From: the human T2T-CHM13v2.0 reference genome, Homo sapiens
Assembly (NCBI RefSeq): GCF_009914755.1
Contig: NC_060947.1
DNA length: 64,000 bases
Direction: 5' to 3' (one strand)
The notes under the pieces were generated by a model that was not told the DNA's origin, did no database searches, and was given only the letters and a program-made list of their open reading frames with translations. Below are positions 15,935 through 28,849 of this stretch, in pieces; within the stretch, counting starts at the first letter, position 1, and the number at the start of each line of letters is the position of its first letter. Made by a program: the position numbers and the translations under genes.

Positions 15935-18670
15935 ACTGTGGCAATGTAGTTCAGAATGAAAAAGCATGGATTCTTGCAGGTAGGCTGCTTGAGTTCAAAT
16001 AGTGGTCTCACCTTGTATTAGTCCATTTTCACACTGCTATAAAGAAATACCCAAGATTGAGTAATTTATAAAGAAAAGAGGTTTAATTGACTCACAGTTC
16101 CACATGGCTGAGGAGGCCTCAAGAAACCTACAATCATGGTGGAAGGAAAAGGGGAAGAAAGGCACCTTTTACATGGTGAGAGAAGAGAGAGAAGGGGGGA
16201 ACTGCCAAACACTTTTAAAACCATCAGATCTCATGAGAACTCCTTCAATATGATGAGAACAGCATGGGGAAAACTGCCCCCATGATTCCATCACCTCTCA
16301 CCACGTCCCTCCCTCGACATGTGGGGATTACAATTCAGGATGATATTTGGGTGGGGACACAGAGCCCAATCATATAATTGCACCCCTGGTCCCTCCCAAA
16401 TCTTGTGCTTTTCACATTGCAATACCAATCATGCCTTCCCAACAGTTCCTCAAAGTCTCAACTCATTGTAACACTAACTCAAAAGTAAAAGTCCAAAGTT
16501 TCATCTGAGTCAAGGCAAATCCCTCTCACCTATGAGCCTGTAAAATCAAAAGCCAGTTAGTTACTTCCAAGATACAATGGGGGTACAGGCATTTGGTAAA
16601 TGTTCCCATTCCAAATGGGAGAAATTGGCCAAAACAAAGGGGCCACATGCCCCATGCAAGTCTAAAACCTGGCCGGGCAATCATTAAATCATAAAGTTCA
16701 AAAATCTCCTTTCACTTCATGTCTCACATCCAGGGCATGCTGGTGGAAGGGGTGGGCTCCCAAGGCCTTGGGTAGCTCTGCCCCTGTGGCTCTGTAGAGT
16801 ACAGCCCTCTTGCATGCTTTCACTGGCCAGCATTGAGGGCCTGCAGCTTTTTCAGGTGCACGATGCAAGCTGTTAGTGGATCGATCTTTCTGGGATCTGG
16901 AGGATGATGGCACACTTCTCACAGCTCCTTTAGGCAGTGCTTCAGTGGAGACTCTGTGTGGGGGGCCCAACCCCACATTTTCCTACCATACTGCCCTAGC
17001 AGAGGTTCTCCATGAGGACTCCTCCCCTGCAGTAGACTTCTGTCTGAACATCCAGGCATTTCTATACATTCTCTGAAATCTAGGTGGAGGTTCCCAGAGC
17101 TCAATTCTTGTCTTCTGCATACCTGCAGGCCCAAAACCATGTGGAAGCTACCAAGGCTTGTGGCTTGCACCCTCTGAACCCATGGTCAGAGGTGTACCTT
17201 GTCCCCTTTTAGCCATGGCTGGAGCTGGAGCATCTAGGACACAGGGCACCAAGTCCCAAGGGTGCACAGAGCAGTGGGGTCCTGAACCTGGCCCACAAAA
17301 CCATTTTTCCTTTCTAGTCCTCTGGGCCTGTGATGGGAGGGGCTGCAGTGAAGATTTCTGACATGCCCTGGAGACATTTTCCCCATTGTCTTGGTGATTA
17401 ACATTCGGGTCCTTTTTACTTATGCAAATTTCTGCAGCTAGCTTGAATTCCTCTCCAGAAAATGGGTTTTTCTTTTCTACCACATAGTGATGCTGCAAAT
17501 TTTCCAAAACTTTATGCTCTGCTTCTCTTTTAAACATAAGTTCCAATTTCAAACCATCTTTTTGTGAATGCATGTAACTGAAAGCTTTCAGAATAATCCA
17601 AGTCACCTCTTGAATGCTTTGCTGCTTAGAAATTTCTTCCACTAGATACCTTAAATCACCTCTCTCAAGTCAAAAATTCCACAGATCTTGCACCCTCTGA
17701 AGCCATGGTCAGAGCTGTACCTTGGCCCCTTTTAGCTGTGGCTGGAGCTGGAGCATCTGGGACGCAGGACACCAAGTCCCAAGGCTGCACTATTGTGCAG
17801 GGGTAAAAATGATGCCAGTCTCTTTGCTAAAGCATAGCAAAAGTGACTTTCACTCCAGTTCCCAATAAGTTCCTCATTTCCATCTGAGACTACATCAGTC
17901 TGGACTTCATTGTCCATATCACTATCAGCATTTTGGTCAAAAAAATTCAGCAAGTCTCTAGGAAGTTCCAAACTTCCCCACATATTCCTATCTTGATCTG
18001 AGACCTCCAAACTGTTTCAACCTCTTCATGTTACGCAGTTCCAAAGTTGCTTCCACATTTTCAGGCTATCTTTATTGCAGTACACCACTATTCTGGTACC
18101 AATTATCTGTATTAGTCCGTTTTCACACTGCTATAAAGAAATATCTGAGAATAGGTAATTTATTTAAAAAATATGGGTTAATCAACTCAGTTCCCCATGG
18201 CTGGAGAGGCCTCGGGAAACCTACAGTCATTTCAGAAAGTGAAAGGAAAGCAAGGCACCTCTTACATTGTGGCAGGAGAGAGAGAGAGAAGTGGGGAATT
18301 GCCAAACACTTTTAAAGCCTTCAGATCTCCTGAGGACTCCTTCACTATCATGAGAACAGCATGGAGGAAACTGCTCCCATAATCCAATCAACAACCACCA
18401 GGTACCTCCCTTGACACATGGGGATTACAATTCAGGATGAGATTTGGGTGAGGGCCCAGAGCCAAACCATATCACACCTCTTCCTAGCTGTGTGATCCTG
18501 GGCATGACCTCTGACGTCTCTGTGACTCTTATTTCTCATCTGAAAAATGGGGATCATGGTCAGAGTTCCTACTTTATGGGATTGTGGTGAGAATTAAATG
18601 GGTTACTGTATGTAAAGTACATAGAATGATGCTTAGTTTGAGGTAAGTATAATATATGTGTTTGTTATTG
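15935..18670 (+). mobile_element. MIR split by the THE1D insertion (parts ~15935-16013 and ~18480-18670)
   Basis: gagttcaaat...ctcacct | cttcctagctgtgtgatcctgggca...tttctcatctgaaaaatgggg reads continuously across the provirus. Confidence 0.7.
16014..18474 (-). mobile_element. Complete THE1D-like ERVL-MaLR provirus (LTRs 16014-16377 and 18108-18474 plus internal region)
   Basis: Two direct LTRs TGTATTAGTCC...CCATATCA, 5-bp TSD CACCT at 16009-16013 and 18475-18479, and MaLR-int ORF remnants (17148-17642, 17732-18010). Confidence 0.92.
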
Positions 18671-19889
18671 TTGGTAGTAGTAGTCTTAATACCTAATCTT
18701 GAAACCCAAATCAATTCCTATCCTTTCTTTGAAGACTGCCTTGACATTCAGAAGAAACTTCTCTTTCTTTTGTTTTCCTGTAACATTTAATCTCAGTGAT
18801 AGAGTCAGATGGAACATTAAGGCTCAGAGAGGTTCTAAGATTTATCCAAGGTCAACCTAAGTCACTACTAGTTAAGACTAAGGCTCCCTGGCACCACAAC
18901 ATTCTCAGATGCTTCTGAATCCTTCATTTCAATCCCTTTCAATCTTACGTGTCCAGAAAAAATAAACATAGCAGGGGCCCCAGAATAATCAGAAAACACA
19001 TATTTTAAAATAGCCTTTAAGGTGCCTTTAGTCTTCTTGGTCAGAAGAATGGGAGTACAGGGGGTTGGTGTTGAGAAAAAGACCAAGTGTGAGGAATGTG
19101 AGCACTAAATGTGTGAAGATGGAATCCAGCTGTGTCTACACTCAGGATCAGGCATACACATTATCTCCATTCTTTTGCCAACTTTTGCCAGGTAAATGGC
19201 AGGGGGATGACCATTGCTCAAGGAGGCTGAGACCCTGTCTCAGAGGAAAAGGGGGAGAGGGATGGGTAGACTAAAACAGGTGGCTATGATTTAATGGATG
19301 TCTGTATGATTTGAGAACCCTGAGGCATTGGGCTAGGCACTGAAAGAGAAAGTCATAAAGATGACTAATGATTGGCTTGGCTCTGTGACATGGCAGTCTT
19401 CTTCCAGCTTCCTTGACAGGCTGGAGAAGCCATTAAAATATGTGCAGAGCTAGTTCTAACAAGTTGCTGCAGGACCAAAAAAGAGATTTGAAAGAATTGT
19501 GGCTCTCCAGACAGCAACCTTTCTGGCAAGCAGGACTCAGTCTGGACTGTCAGAGATTGGGATATCCTGGGTTTTAGTGTCCATAGGCTCAGCTTCCCAG
19601 AAAGGTAAGCTCCCTTCACAGAATGAAACACCTAAGTAAATTGAGGACAAGGTAGTCAAGTAGGTGTTATGGTTTGAACGTTTGTCCCCCTAAACCTCAT
19701 ATGGAAATTTGATCCTAATTGCTGGAGATGCAGCCAAATGGAAGGTGTTTGAGTCATGGGGACAGATAGCTCACTAATAGATTAATGCCCTCCCTGTGAA
19801 GAGGGGTGGGGAGGGTGAGTGAATTCTCACCTTATTAGTTCCCAGGACAGCTGGTTGTTAAAATCAGTCTGGGAATATAATTTGAATTG

Positions 19890-22800
19890 GATTTCCAAGA
19901 TGGCCAAATAGGAACAGCTCTGGTCTGCAGTTCCCAGGGAGATCAACACAGAAGATGGACGATTTCTTCATTTCCAACTGAGGTACCTGGTTCATCTCAC
20001 TGGAACTGGTTGGAGAGTGGGTGCAGCCCACAGAAGGTGAGCTGAAGCAAGGCAGGGCATCGCCTCACCCAAGAAGCATAAGGGGTTGGGGGATTTCCCT
20101 TTCCTAGCCAAGGGAAGCCATGACAGACTGTACCTGAAGAAATGGTACACCTCTGACCAAATACGTCACTTTTCCCACAGTCTTAGCAACTGGCAGTCCA
20201 GGAGATACCCACCCATGCCTGGCTCAGTGGGTCCCACGCCCACACAGCCTTGCTCACTGCAGTCTGAGATTGACCTGCAATGCTGCAGCTTGATGGGGGG
20301 AGGGGTGTCTGCCATTGCTGAGGTTTGAGTAGCTTACAGTGTAAACAAAGCAGCTGGGAAGCACAAACTGGGCGGAGCCCACCACAGCTCAGCAGGGCCT
20401 ACTACCTCTATAGATTCCACCTCTGGGGGCAGGGCATAGTAGAACAAAAGGCAGCAGACAGCTTCTACAGACTTAAACGTCCCTGTCTGACAGCACTGAA
20501 GAGAGCAGTGGTTCTCTCAGCATGGTGTTCGATCTCCGAGAATGGACAGACTGCCTCCTCAAGCGGGTCTCTGATCCCTGTGTAGCCTGACTGGGAAACA
20601 CCTCCCAGTAGGGGCCGACAGACACCTCAAACATGCGGGTGCCCCTCTGGGATGAAACTTCCAGAGGAAGGATCAGGCATCAGTATTTGCTGTTCTGCAG
20701 CCTCTGCTGGTGATACCCAGGCAAACAGGGTCTGGAGTGGACCTCCAGCAAATGCCAATAGACCTGCAGCTGAGACTGTTAGAAGGAAAACTAAGAAACA
20801 GAAAGGAATAGCATCAACATCAACAAAAAGAACATCCACACCAAAACCCCATCTGTAGGTCACCAACAACAAAGACCAAAGGTAGATAAAACCACAAAGA
20901 TGGGGAGAAACCAGAGCAGAAAAGCTGAAAATTCCAAAAAACAGAGCATCTCTTCTCCTCCAGAGGATTGCAGCTCCTCGCCAGCAAGGGAACAAAACTG
21001 GATGGAGAATGACTTTGATGAGTTGACAGAAGTAGGCTTCAGAAGGTTGGTAATAACAAACTTCTCTGAGCTAAAGAAGCATGTTCTAACTCATTGCAAG
21101 GAAGCTAAAAACCTTGAAAAAATGTTAGATGAATGGCTAACTAAAATAAACAGTGTAGAGAAGACCTTAAATGACCTGATGGAGCAGCCAGAGAGAAAGG
21201 TCAGGTTATCCTCAAAGGGAAACCCATCAGGCTAACAGCAGATCTCTCAGGAGAAACCCTACAACCAAGAAGAGAGAGGGGGCCAATATTCAACATTCTT
21301 AAAGGAAAGAATTTTCAACCCAGAATCTCATATCCAGTCAAACGAAGCTTCATAAGTGAAGGAGAAATGAAATCCTTTACAGACAAGCAAATGCTGAGAG
21401 ATTTTGTCACCACCAGGCCTGCCTTACAAGAGCTCCTGAAGGAAGCACTAAACATGGAAAGAAACAATCAGTACCTGCCACTGCAAAAACATGCCAAATG
21501 GTAAAAACCATCGACACTATGAAGAAACTGCATCAATTAATGGGCAAAATAACCAGCTAATATCATAATGACAGGATCAAAGTCAGACATAACAATATCA
21601 ACCTTAAATGTCAATGGGCTAAATGCCCCAGTTAAAAGACACAGACTGGCAAATGGGATAAAGAGTCAAGACTCATTGGTGTGCTGTATTCAGGAGACCC
21701 AACTCAAATGCAAAGACACATATAGGCTCAAAATAAAGGGATGGAGGAAGATCTAACAAGCAAATGGAAAGCAAAAAAAAAAAAGCAGGGGTTGCAATCC
21801 TAGTCTCTGATAAAACAGACTTTAAACCAACAGAGATCAAAAAAGACAAAGAAGGCCACTACATAATGGTAAAGGGATCCATGTAACAAGAAGAGCTAAC
21901 TATCCTAAATGTATATGCACCCAATATGGGAGCAGCCAGATTCATAAAGCAAGTCCTTAGAGACCTACAAAGAGACTTAGACTCACACAATAATAATGGG
22001 AGACTTTAACACTCCACTGTCAATATTAGATCAATAAGACAGAAGGTTAACAAGGATATACAGGACTTGAACTCAGCCCTGGACCAAGCAGACCTAATAG
22101 ACATCTACAGAACTCTCCACCCTAAATCAACAGAATATACATTCTTCTCAGCACCACATCACACTTATTCTAAACTTGACCATGTAATTGGTAGTAAAAC
22201 ACTCCTCAGCAAATGTAAAAGAACAGAAATCACAACAAACTGTCTCTCAGACCACAGTGCAATCCAATTAGAATTCAGGATCAATAAACTCACTCAAAAT
22301 CACACAACTACATGGAAGCTGAACAAGCTGCTCCTGAATGACTATTGTGTAAATAACGAAATTAAGGCAAAAATAAAGATGTTCTTTAAAACCAATGAGA
22401 AGAAAGACACAAAGTACCAGAATCTCTGGGACACATTTGAAGCAGTGTGTAGAGGGAAATTTATAGCACTAAATGCCCACAAAAGAAAGCAGGAAAGTTC
22501 TAAAATTGACATCCTAACATCACAATTAAAAGAAATAGAGAAGCAAGAGCAAACAAATTCAAAACTAGCAGAAGGCAAGAAATAACTAAGATCAGAGGAA
22601 ACTGAAGAAGATAGAGACACAAAAAAACCCTTCAAAAAATCAATGGATCCAGGAGCTGGTTTTTTGAAAAAATCAACAAAATTGATAGACCACTAGCAAG
22701 ACTAATAAAGAAGAAAAGAGAGAAGAATCAAATAGATGCAATAAAAAATGATAAAGAGGATATCACCAATGATCCCACAGAAATACAAACTACCATCAAA

Positions 22801-25651
22801 GAATACTATAAACACCTCTACGCAAATAAACTAGAAAATCTAGAAGAATTGAATAATTTCCTGGACAACATACACTATCCCAAGACTAAACTAGAAAGAA
22901 GTTGAATCTCTGAATAGACCAATAACAGGATCTGAAATTGAGGTAATAATTAATAGATGACCAACCAAAAAAAGTCCAGGACCAGATGGATTCACAGCCG
23001 AATTCTACCAGAGGTACAAAGAGGAGCTGGTACCATTCCTTTTGAAACTATTTCAATCAATAGAAAAAGAGGGAATCCTCCCTAACTCATTTTATGGGTC
23101 TAGTGTCATCCTGATAACAAAGCCTGGTAGAGACAAAACAAAAAAAGAGACTTTTAGACCAATATCCCTGAGGAACATCGATGTGAAAATAGTCAATAAA
23201 ATACGGGCAAACCAAATCCAGCAGCACATCAAAAAGCTTATCCATCACGATCAAGTCGGCTTCATACTTGGGATGCAAGGCTGGTTCAACATATGCAAAT
23301 CAATAAACGTAATCCATCATATAAACAGAACCAAAGACAAAAACCACATGATTATCTCAATAGACGCAGAAAAGGCATTCAAAAAAATTCAACAGCCTTC
23401 ATGCTAAAAACTCTCAAAAAACTAGGTATTGATGGAACATATCTCAAAATAATAAGAGCTATTTATGACAAACCCACAGTCAAGATCATACTGAATGGGC
23501 AAAAACCGGAAGCATTCCCTTTGAAAACTGGCACAAGACAGGGATGCCCTCTCTCACCACTCCTATTCAACATAGTATTGGAAGTTCTGGCTAGGGCAAT
23601 CAGGCAAGAGAAAGAAATAAAGGGTATTCAATTAGGAAAACAGGAAGTCAAGTTGTCTCTGTTTGCAGATGACATGATTGTATATTTATAAAACTCCATC
23701 AGCTCAGCCCAAAATCTCCTTAAGCTGATAAGCAAATTCAGCAAAGTCTCAGCATACAAAATCAATGTGCAAAAATCACAAGCATTCCTATACACCAATA
23801 ATAGACAAACAGAGGGCCAAGTCATAAGTGAATTCCCATTCACAACTACTAAAAAGAGAATAAAATACCTACGAATCCAACTTACAAGGGATGTGAAGGA
23901 CCTCTTCAAGGACAACTACAAACCACTGCTCAATGAAATAAAAGAGGACACAAGAAAATGGAAGAACATTCCATGCTCATGGATAGGAAGAATCAATGTC
24001 ATGAAAATGGCCATACTGCCCAAGGTAATTTATAGATTCAATGCTGTCTCCATCAAGCTCCAACTGACTTTCTTCACAGAGTTGGAAAAAACTACTTTAA
24101 AGTTCATATGGAACCGAAAAAGACCCTGCATTGCCAAGACAATCCTAAGCAGAAGGAACAAAGCTGGAGGCATCACGCTACCTGACTTCAAACTATACTA
24201 CAAGGCTACAGTAACCAAAACAGCATGGTACTGCTACCAAAACAGAGAGGTAGACAAATGGAACAGAACAGAGCCCTCAGAAATAACACCACACATCTAG
24301 AACCATCTGATCTTTGACAAACCTGACAAAAACAAGCAATGGGGAAATTATTCCCTATTTAATAAATGGTGCTGGGAAAACTGGCTAGCCATATGTGGAA
24401 AACTGGCTAGCCATATGTAGAAAGCTGAAACTGGATCACTTCCTTACAACATATACACAAATTAACTCAAGATGAATTAAAGACTTAAATGTAAGACCTA
24501 ATACCATATAAACCCTAGAAGAAAATCTAGGCAATACCATTCAGGACATAGGCATGGGCAAAGCCTTCATGACTAAAACACGAAAAGCAATGGCAATAAA
24601 AGCCAAAATAGACAAATGGGATCTGATTAAACTAAAGAGCTTCTGCACAGCAAAAGAAATTATCATCAGAGTGAACAGGCAACCTACAGAATGGGAGAAA
24701 ATGTTTGCAATCTACCCATCTGACAAAGGGCTAATATCCAGAATCTAAAAAGAACTTAAACAAATTTACAAGAAAAAAACAACCCCATCAAAAAGTGGGC
24801 AAAGGATATGAACAGACACTTCTCAAAAGAAGACATTTATGCAGCCAACAGACATATGAAAAAATGCTCATCATCACTGATCATCAGAGAAATGCAAATC
24901 AAAACCACAATGAGATACCATCTCACACCAGTTAGAATGGCGGTCATTAAAAAGTCAAGAAACAACAGATGCTGGAGAGGATGTGGAGAAATAGGAATGC
25001 TTTTACACTGTTGGTGGGACTGTAAATTAGTTCAATCATTGTGGAAGACAGTGTGGCGATTCCTCAAGGATCTAGAACTAGAAATACCGTTTGACCCAGC
25101 AATCCCATTACTGGGTATATACCCAGAGCATTATAAATCATGCTACTATAAAGACACACACACACGTATGTTTATTGTGGCTCTATTCACAATAGCAAAG
25201 ACTTGGAACCAACCCAAATGTCCATCAATGATAGACTGATTAAGAAAATGTGGCACATACACACCTTGGAATACTATGCAGCCATAAAAAAAGATGAGTT
25301 CATGTCATTTGCAGGGACATGGATGAAGCTGGAAACCATCATTCTAAGCAAACTATCACAAGGACAGAAAACCAAACACCACATGTTCTCACTCATAGGT
25401 CGGAGTTGAGCAGCAATAACACATGGACACAGGGTGGGGAACATCACACACCAGGGCCTGTCAGAGGTGGGGTGCTGTGGGTGAGATAGCATTAGGAGAA
25501 ATACCTAATGTAAATGACAAGTTGATGGGTGCAGCAAACCAACATGGCACATGTATACCTATGTAACAAACCTGCATGTTGTGCACATATACCCTAGAAC
25601 TTAAAGTATAATAAAAAACAAATAAACAAAAAAAAAAAAACAAAAAAAAAA
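19890..25651 (+). mobile_element. Near-full-length LINE-1, L1PA6-like, with internal ORF1 deletion; inactive
   Basis: 5' UTR ttccaagatggccaaataggaacagctc. ORF1 start at 20900 (MGRNQSRKAENSK); ORF2 start at 21568 (MTGSKSDITISTLNVNGLN) with many stops. 3' UTR ggagaaatacctaatgtaaatgacaagttgatgggtgcagcaaaccaac; poly(A) to 25651. Confidence 0.95.
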
Positions 25652-25659
25652 GAATTGTC

Positions 25660-25829
25660 AGGAGGGAGAGGGGATGGGTTGAGAAACTAACTGTTGGATA
25701 CTATGCTCAGTACCTGGGTGAGGTGATTAATCATATCCTGAACCTCAGCATCACACATTATACCCAGGTAACAAACCTGAACATGTACCTCCTGAATCTC
25801 AAATAAAAGTTGAAATTATTTTTTAAAAA
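25660..25829 (+). mobile_element. Short 3' end of an older L1 (L1PA16/L1PREC2/L1PB-like)
   Basis: gggttgagaaactaactgttggatactatgctcagtacctgggtga...aacaaacctgaacatgtacctcctgaatctcaaataaaagttgaaa. Confidence 0.8.
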
Positions 25830-26799
25830 TGAATATAATTCACAAGTGTTCAGCTCAGCAACTTTTCAAAAATTGTACATGTTTATGTAACTGGCATTCT
25901 AGATCAAAAAATAGAACATTATCAGGACTCTAAAAGCTCCCTCCTTCCTGTACTACTTACCCTTCCAAAGTAATCACTGTTCTGATTTCTAGACAATAAA
26001 TTAATCATGTCTGATTTTGAAAGTCATATAAACGGAATCATAGCAAAAAAAAAAAGTCTGGCACCCCCGCCCCTTTCTGCCTTTGGTCCTTTCTTCCCTT
26101 GTGATCTCTGCATGTGTCAGCTCCCCTTCACCATCTGCCATAAGTGGAAGCAGCCTGAGGCCCTCATCAGATGCATAATCTTGAACTTTTCAAGACATCA
26201 GAATCATGAGCCAAACAAATCTTTTTTCTTTATAAATTACCCAGCTTCAGATATTTCTTTGTAGCAATACTAAACAAACTAAGATGAAAGGTTTACTCAG
26301 GGACAAAAAGAAGTCAAGGGGAGATTGAGATGGGATCACAGAATCTTAGAACTGAAAGGCTCTCTCCTCCTCCATTGCTCAGACAGGAAACAAGGGTACC
26401 AAAAAGGGAAGAAAGGAGCCCAAAGTCACACAGTAAGATACAGATATCAGATATCAGATTGAGGTCGAGGGATCTTAATTTCCAATCTATTCACTGATTT
26501 TTTTTTTTTACTAATTTTTTAAGGCATGTAATTGATATCAAGTTACATATTTAACACTAGTATGACCCTTAAAATAAGATGGAGGTTGAAGACAATTTTT
26601 TTTTTATTTGAGTATAGCTTCAGTCTCTTAAAATAATATGAAATTTGATCCATAGTTTGAGGCTGGGAGAGACTCAATGTACAGAACATTTATAGTATTA
26701 ATGTTGCCCCCCCCACCCCCAGTATTCTTTCTCTCTCCTAGAATGGCTATGGCAATCAAATAAAATATTATTAGTGAAAAATTCCATCCCCACAACACA

Positions 26800-27300
26800 G
26801 ACAGACACTTATCCTCTGATTTCTGTAAAATAAATAACAAATTTTTATTGAGTACAGTGTCTGTGACAGGGATTCTTCTGAATTCTTTACAGATAGTAAT
26901 CCATCTTCTCATTACAGCAATCCTTTAAGGCAGTTGCTGTGTTATCATCCCAATGTTAAGGCAAGTACTGTAATTATCACCTCAACTTTAGGGATGACAA
27001 ACTCAGGCACAGTTACGTGACTTCCCCTGAGTCACAATGAGAGGAGCAAGAAAGAGTTGTCTGAACCCTAATTTTCAGAGCAAAGGCTTTTAAGAAGAAA
27101 ACTGAGGTCAGGTGGAGTTGTTCGGTTTCAATATTATGGTCTCTAGCATTTTCTGAGCACATTATATTTTCTATGTGATTCTCTACACATTCTCTCTTTG
27201 CTTCCTCACAGTAAACCTAGTGGCTAAGGAGGGAGGGAGGGAAGGACATACCACATTCATTTTACTGATAGATGAGGAAACTGAGTTCCAGAGAAAGAAA
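26800..27300 (-). mobile_element. MIR fragments
   Basis: tttattgagtac...atcctttaaggcag...gatgacaaactcaggcacag; gatgaggaaactgag. Confidence 0.55.
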
Positions 27301-28124
27301 GAGCAATGCAGGTCTAGGAGAACAAGAAAGTCAGAATTTTGCCCTGACTGCTAGGTAGGCAGTAGCCAGGCACTTCTACAATGCAGGGCTATGGGATTCC
27401 ATCCCAAGGCTTCAGGGAAGACACTCCCTGATTCCTGAGAAAGTTGCTGGGAGGCTGTAGACCAACTTCATCTGTGTGGTGCCTGCCATAGGTTCAGCTA
27501 GCCAGAGAGGAATCAACATGAGACCATCCACACTGTCTTCTGGCCAAGCCTAGAGTGGCTCAGAAAGGAAAGACATGGCAGCATCAGGACCTGAAACTTC
27601 ATCACCCTGTTGTTGAATGTTGGTTCAGATTTTATTTTCAGATAGCAAATTACTAATTCATCAAAATGGCATAGTGAAACTAGGGAACCAAGCTTTGAAT
27701 AGAGAGTCAGGAGATACAGGGGACCCAGCTGCTTAGCTTCCTTTGTGACTTTGGCAAAGTGCTGCCCCTGATTTGAGCCTGAGTTCCTCCTTTTGTTACA
27801 TGAGGAGGTTGGACTCCTTTGTTAATTAAATTTCCCTCTAGTACAGGAGTTTTTAGCCTGAGGTCCAAATTTAAAATTCAGGAGTTAATTTGAATGGAAA
27901 AAAATATGTCTTTATTTTTACTAAGCTCTGACTGAAAATTGCCATTTCCTTCAAGGATGAATGTTGGCACCAAACCACAGCAGTATTAGAAGCAGAGATA
28001 TTTTTGTATCATATTACAGTTGTGGCAAAAATAGTAAAGTATTATTAAAGCTCATCACCCTTTGTAATTGTGTTAATAGACTAACTAATGCATCAACAAT
28101 GATAGACATATATTACTGTATTAT

Positions 28125-28282
28125 AGATTTTAACGGCTTCATTGATATATAATTTACATACCATGAAGTTCACCTGTTTAAAGTATAGAATCCAATGATT
28201 CTCTATATTTAGATTTGTGCAATCATCGTCACAATCTAAATTTAGAACATTTTCATCACTCTAGAAGGAAATCTTGAACCCA
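28125..28282 (-). mobile_element. L1M (L1MB-like) 3' end fragment
   Basis: ttgatatataatttacatacca...gtgcaatcatcgtcacaatctaaatttagaacattttcatcact. Confidence 0.7.
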
Positions 28283-28845
28283 CTGTTGAAATTCTTCAGG
28301 CCAAAGACCACCAGGGAATACATCTATGTTTGGGTTTATTACTTATTGCAGGAAGAGAGAACACACACCATGGGGAACCAGGGGGTGTCTCAGTAAGAGG
28401 TATAAGAAAATAACTCATTATAGGATTCGGGTTTTCGTTGGGTGATTTCAAAGTGTATCTGAAGAAGTGGAGGTTTTTTCTAGATTGTATGCTATCGAAA
28501 TGGAGGACAATTTTATGATTGCACATCTTAATAACTGCTATCTATAGGGAGGGAGACTAGAGCAAGGATAAAGGTGTAATTGGTAAAGAAGTAGCAATCA
28601 TTCATTTTGGCCAAGGAGGGGTGCTTGGTACAGATAGCATAGCAAGCTGATTTCTGCCTGTGCTTAGACAGAAGTAAGAAGTGACCTTGACCTGTCTCAT
28701 TATATCATGGTCTCATAGTAATCTTGTCTGAAGTTGGTATTTTGTGAGACTATTGATAACGTCTGTGAAAATAACATTATTTAGCTGTGAGTGCGAGGCC
28801 AGCCTTAAATGTTAGAGACTGCTATTTTTTTTTTAATTCTCTTAT
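28283..28845 (-). mobile_element. ERV LTR (class I-like), family unassigned
   Basis: TG start on the plus strand and an AATAAA on the minus strand near its 3' end (tttatt ~28335); directly downstream of an env remnant. Confidence 0.55.
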
Positions 28846-28849
28846 TTGG

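Larger units (their letters stand above)
19665..26286 (+). mobile_element. MST-type MaLR solo LTR split by a ~6.2 kb insertion (parts 19665-19872 and 26049-26286)
   Basis: Starts tgttatggtttgaa...; gctggttgttaaaa.cagtctgg resumes as agtctggcaccccc...ataaattacccag...actaagat. Confidence 0.82.

Noticed and set aside
16698-18382. ORFs within the THE1D element
   Set aside because: They are interrupted MaLR internal and LTR remnants.
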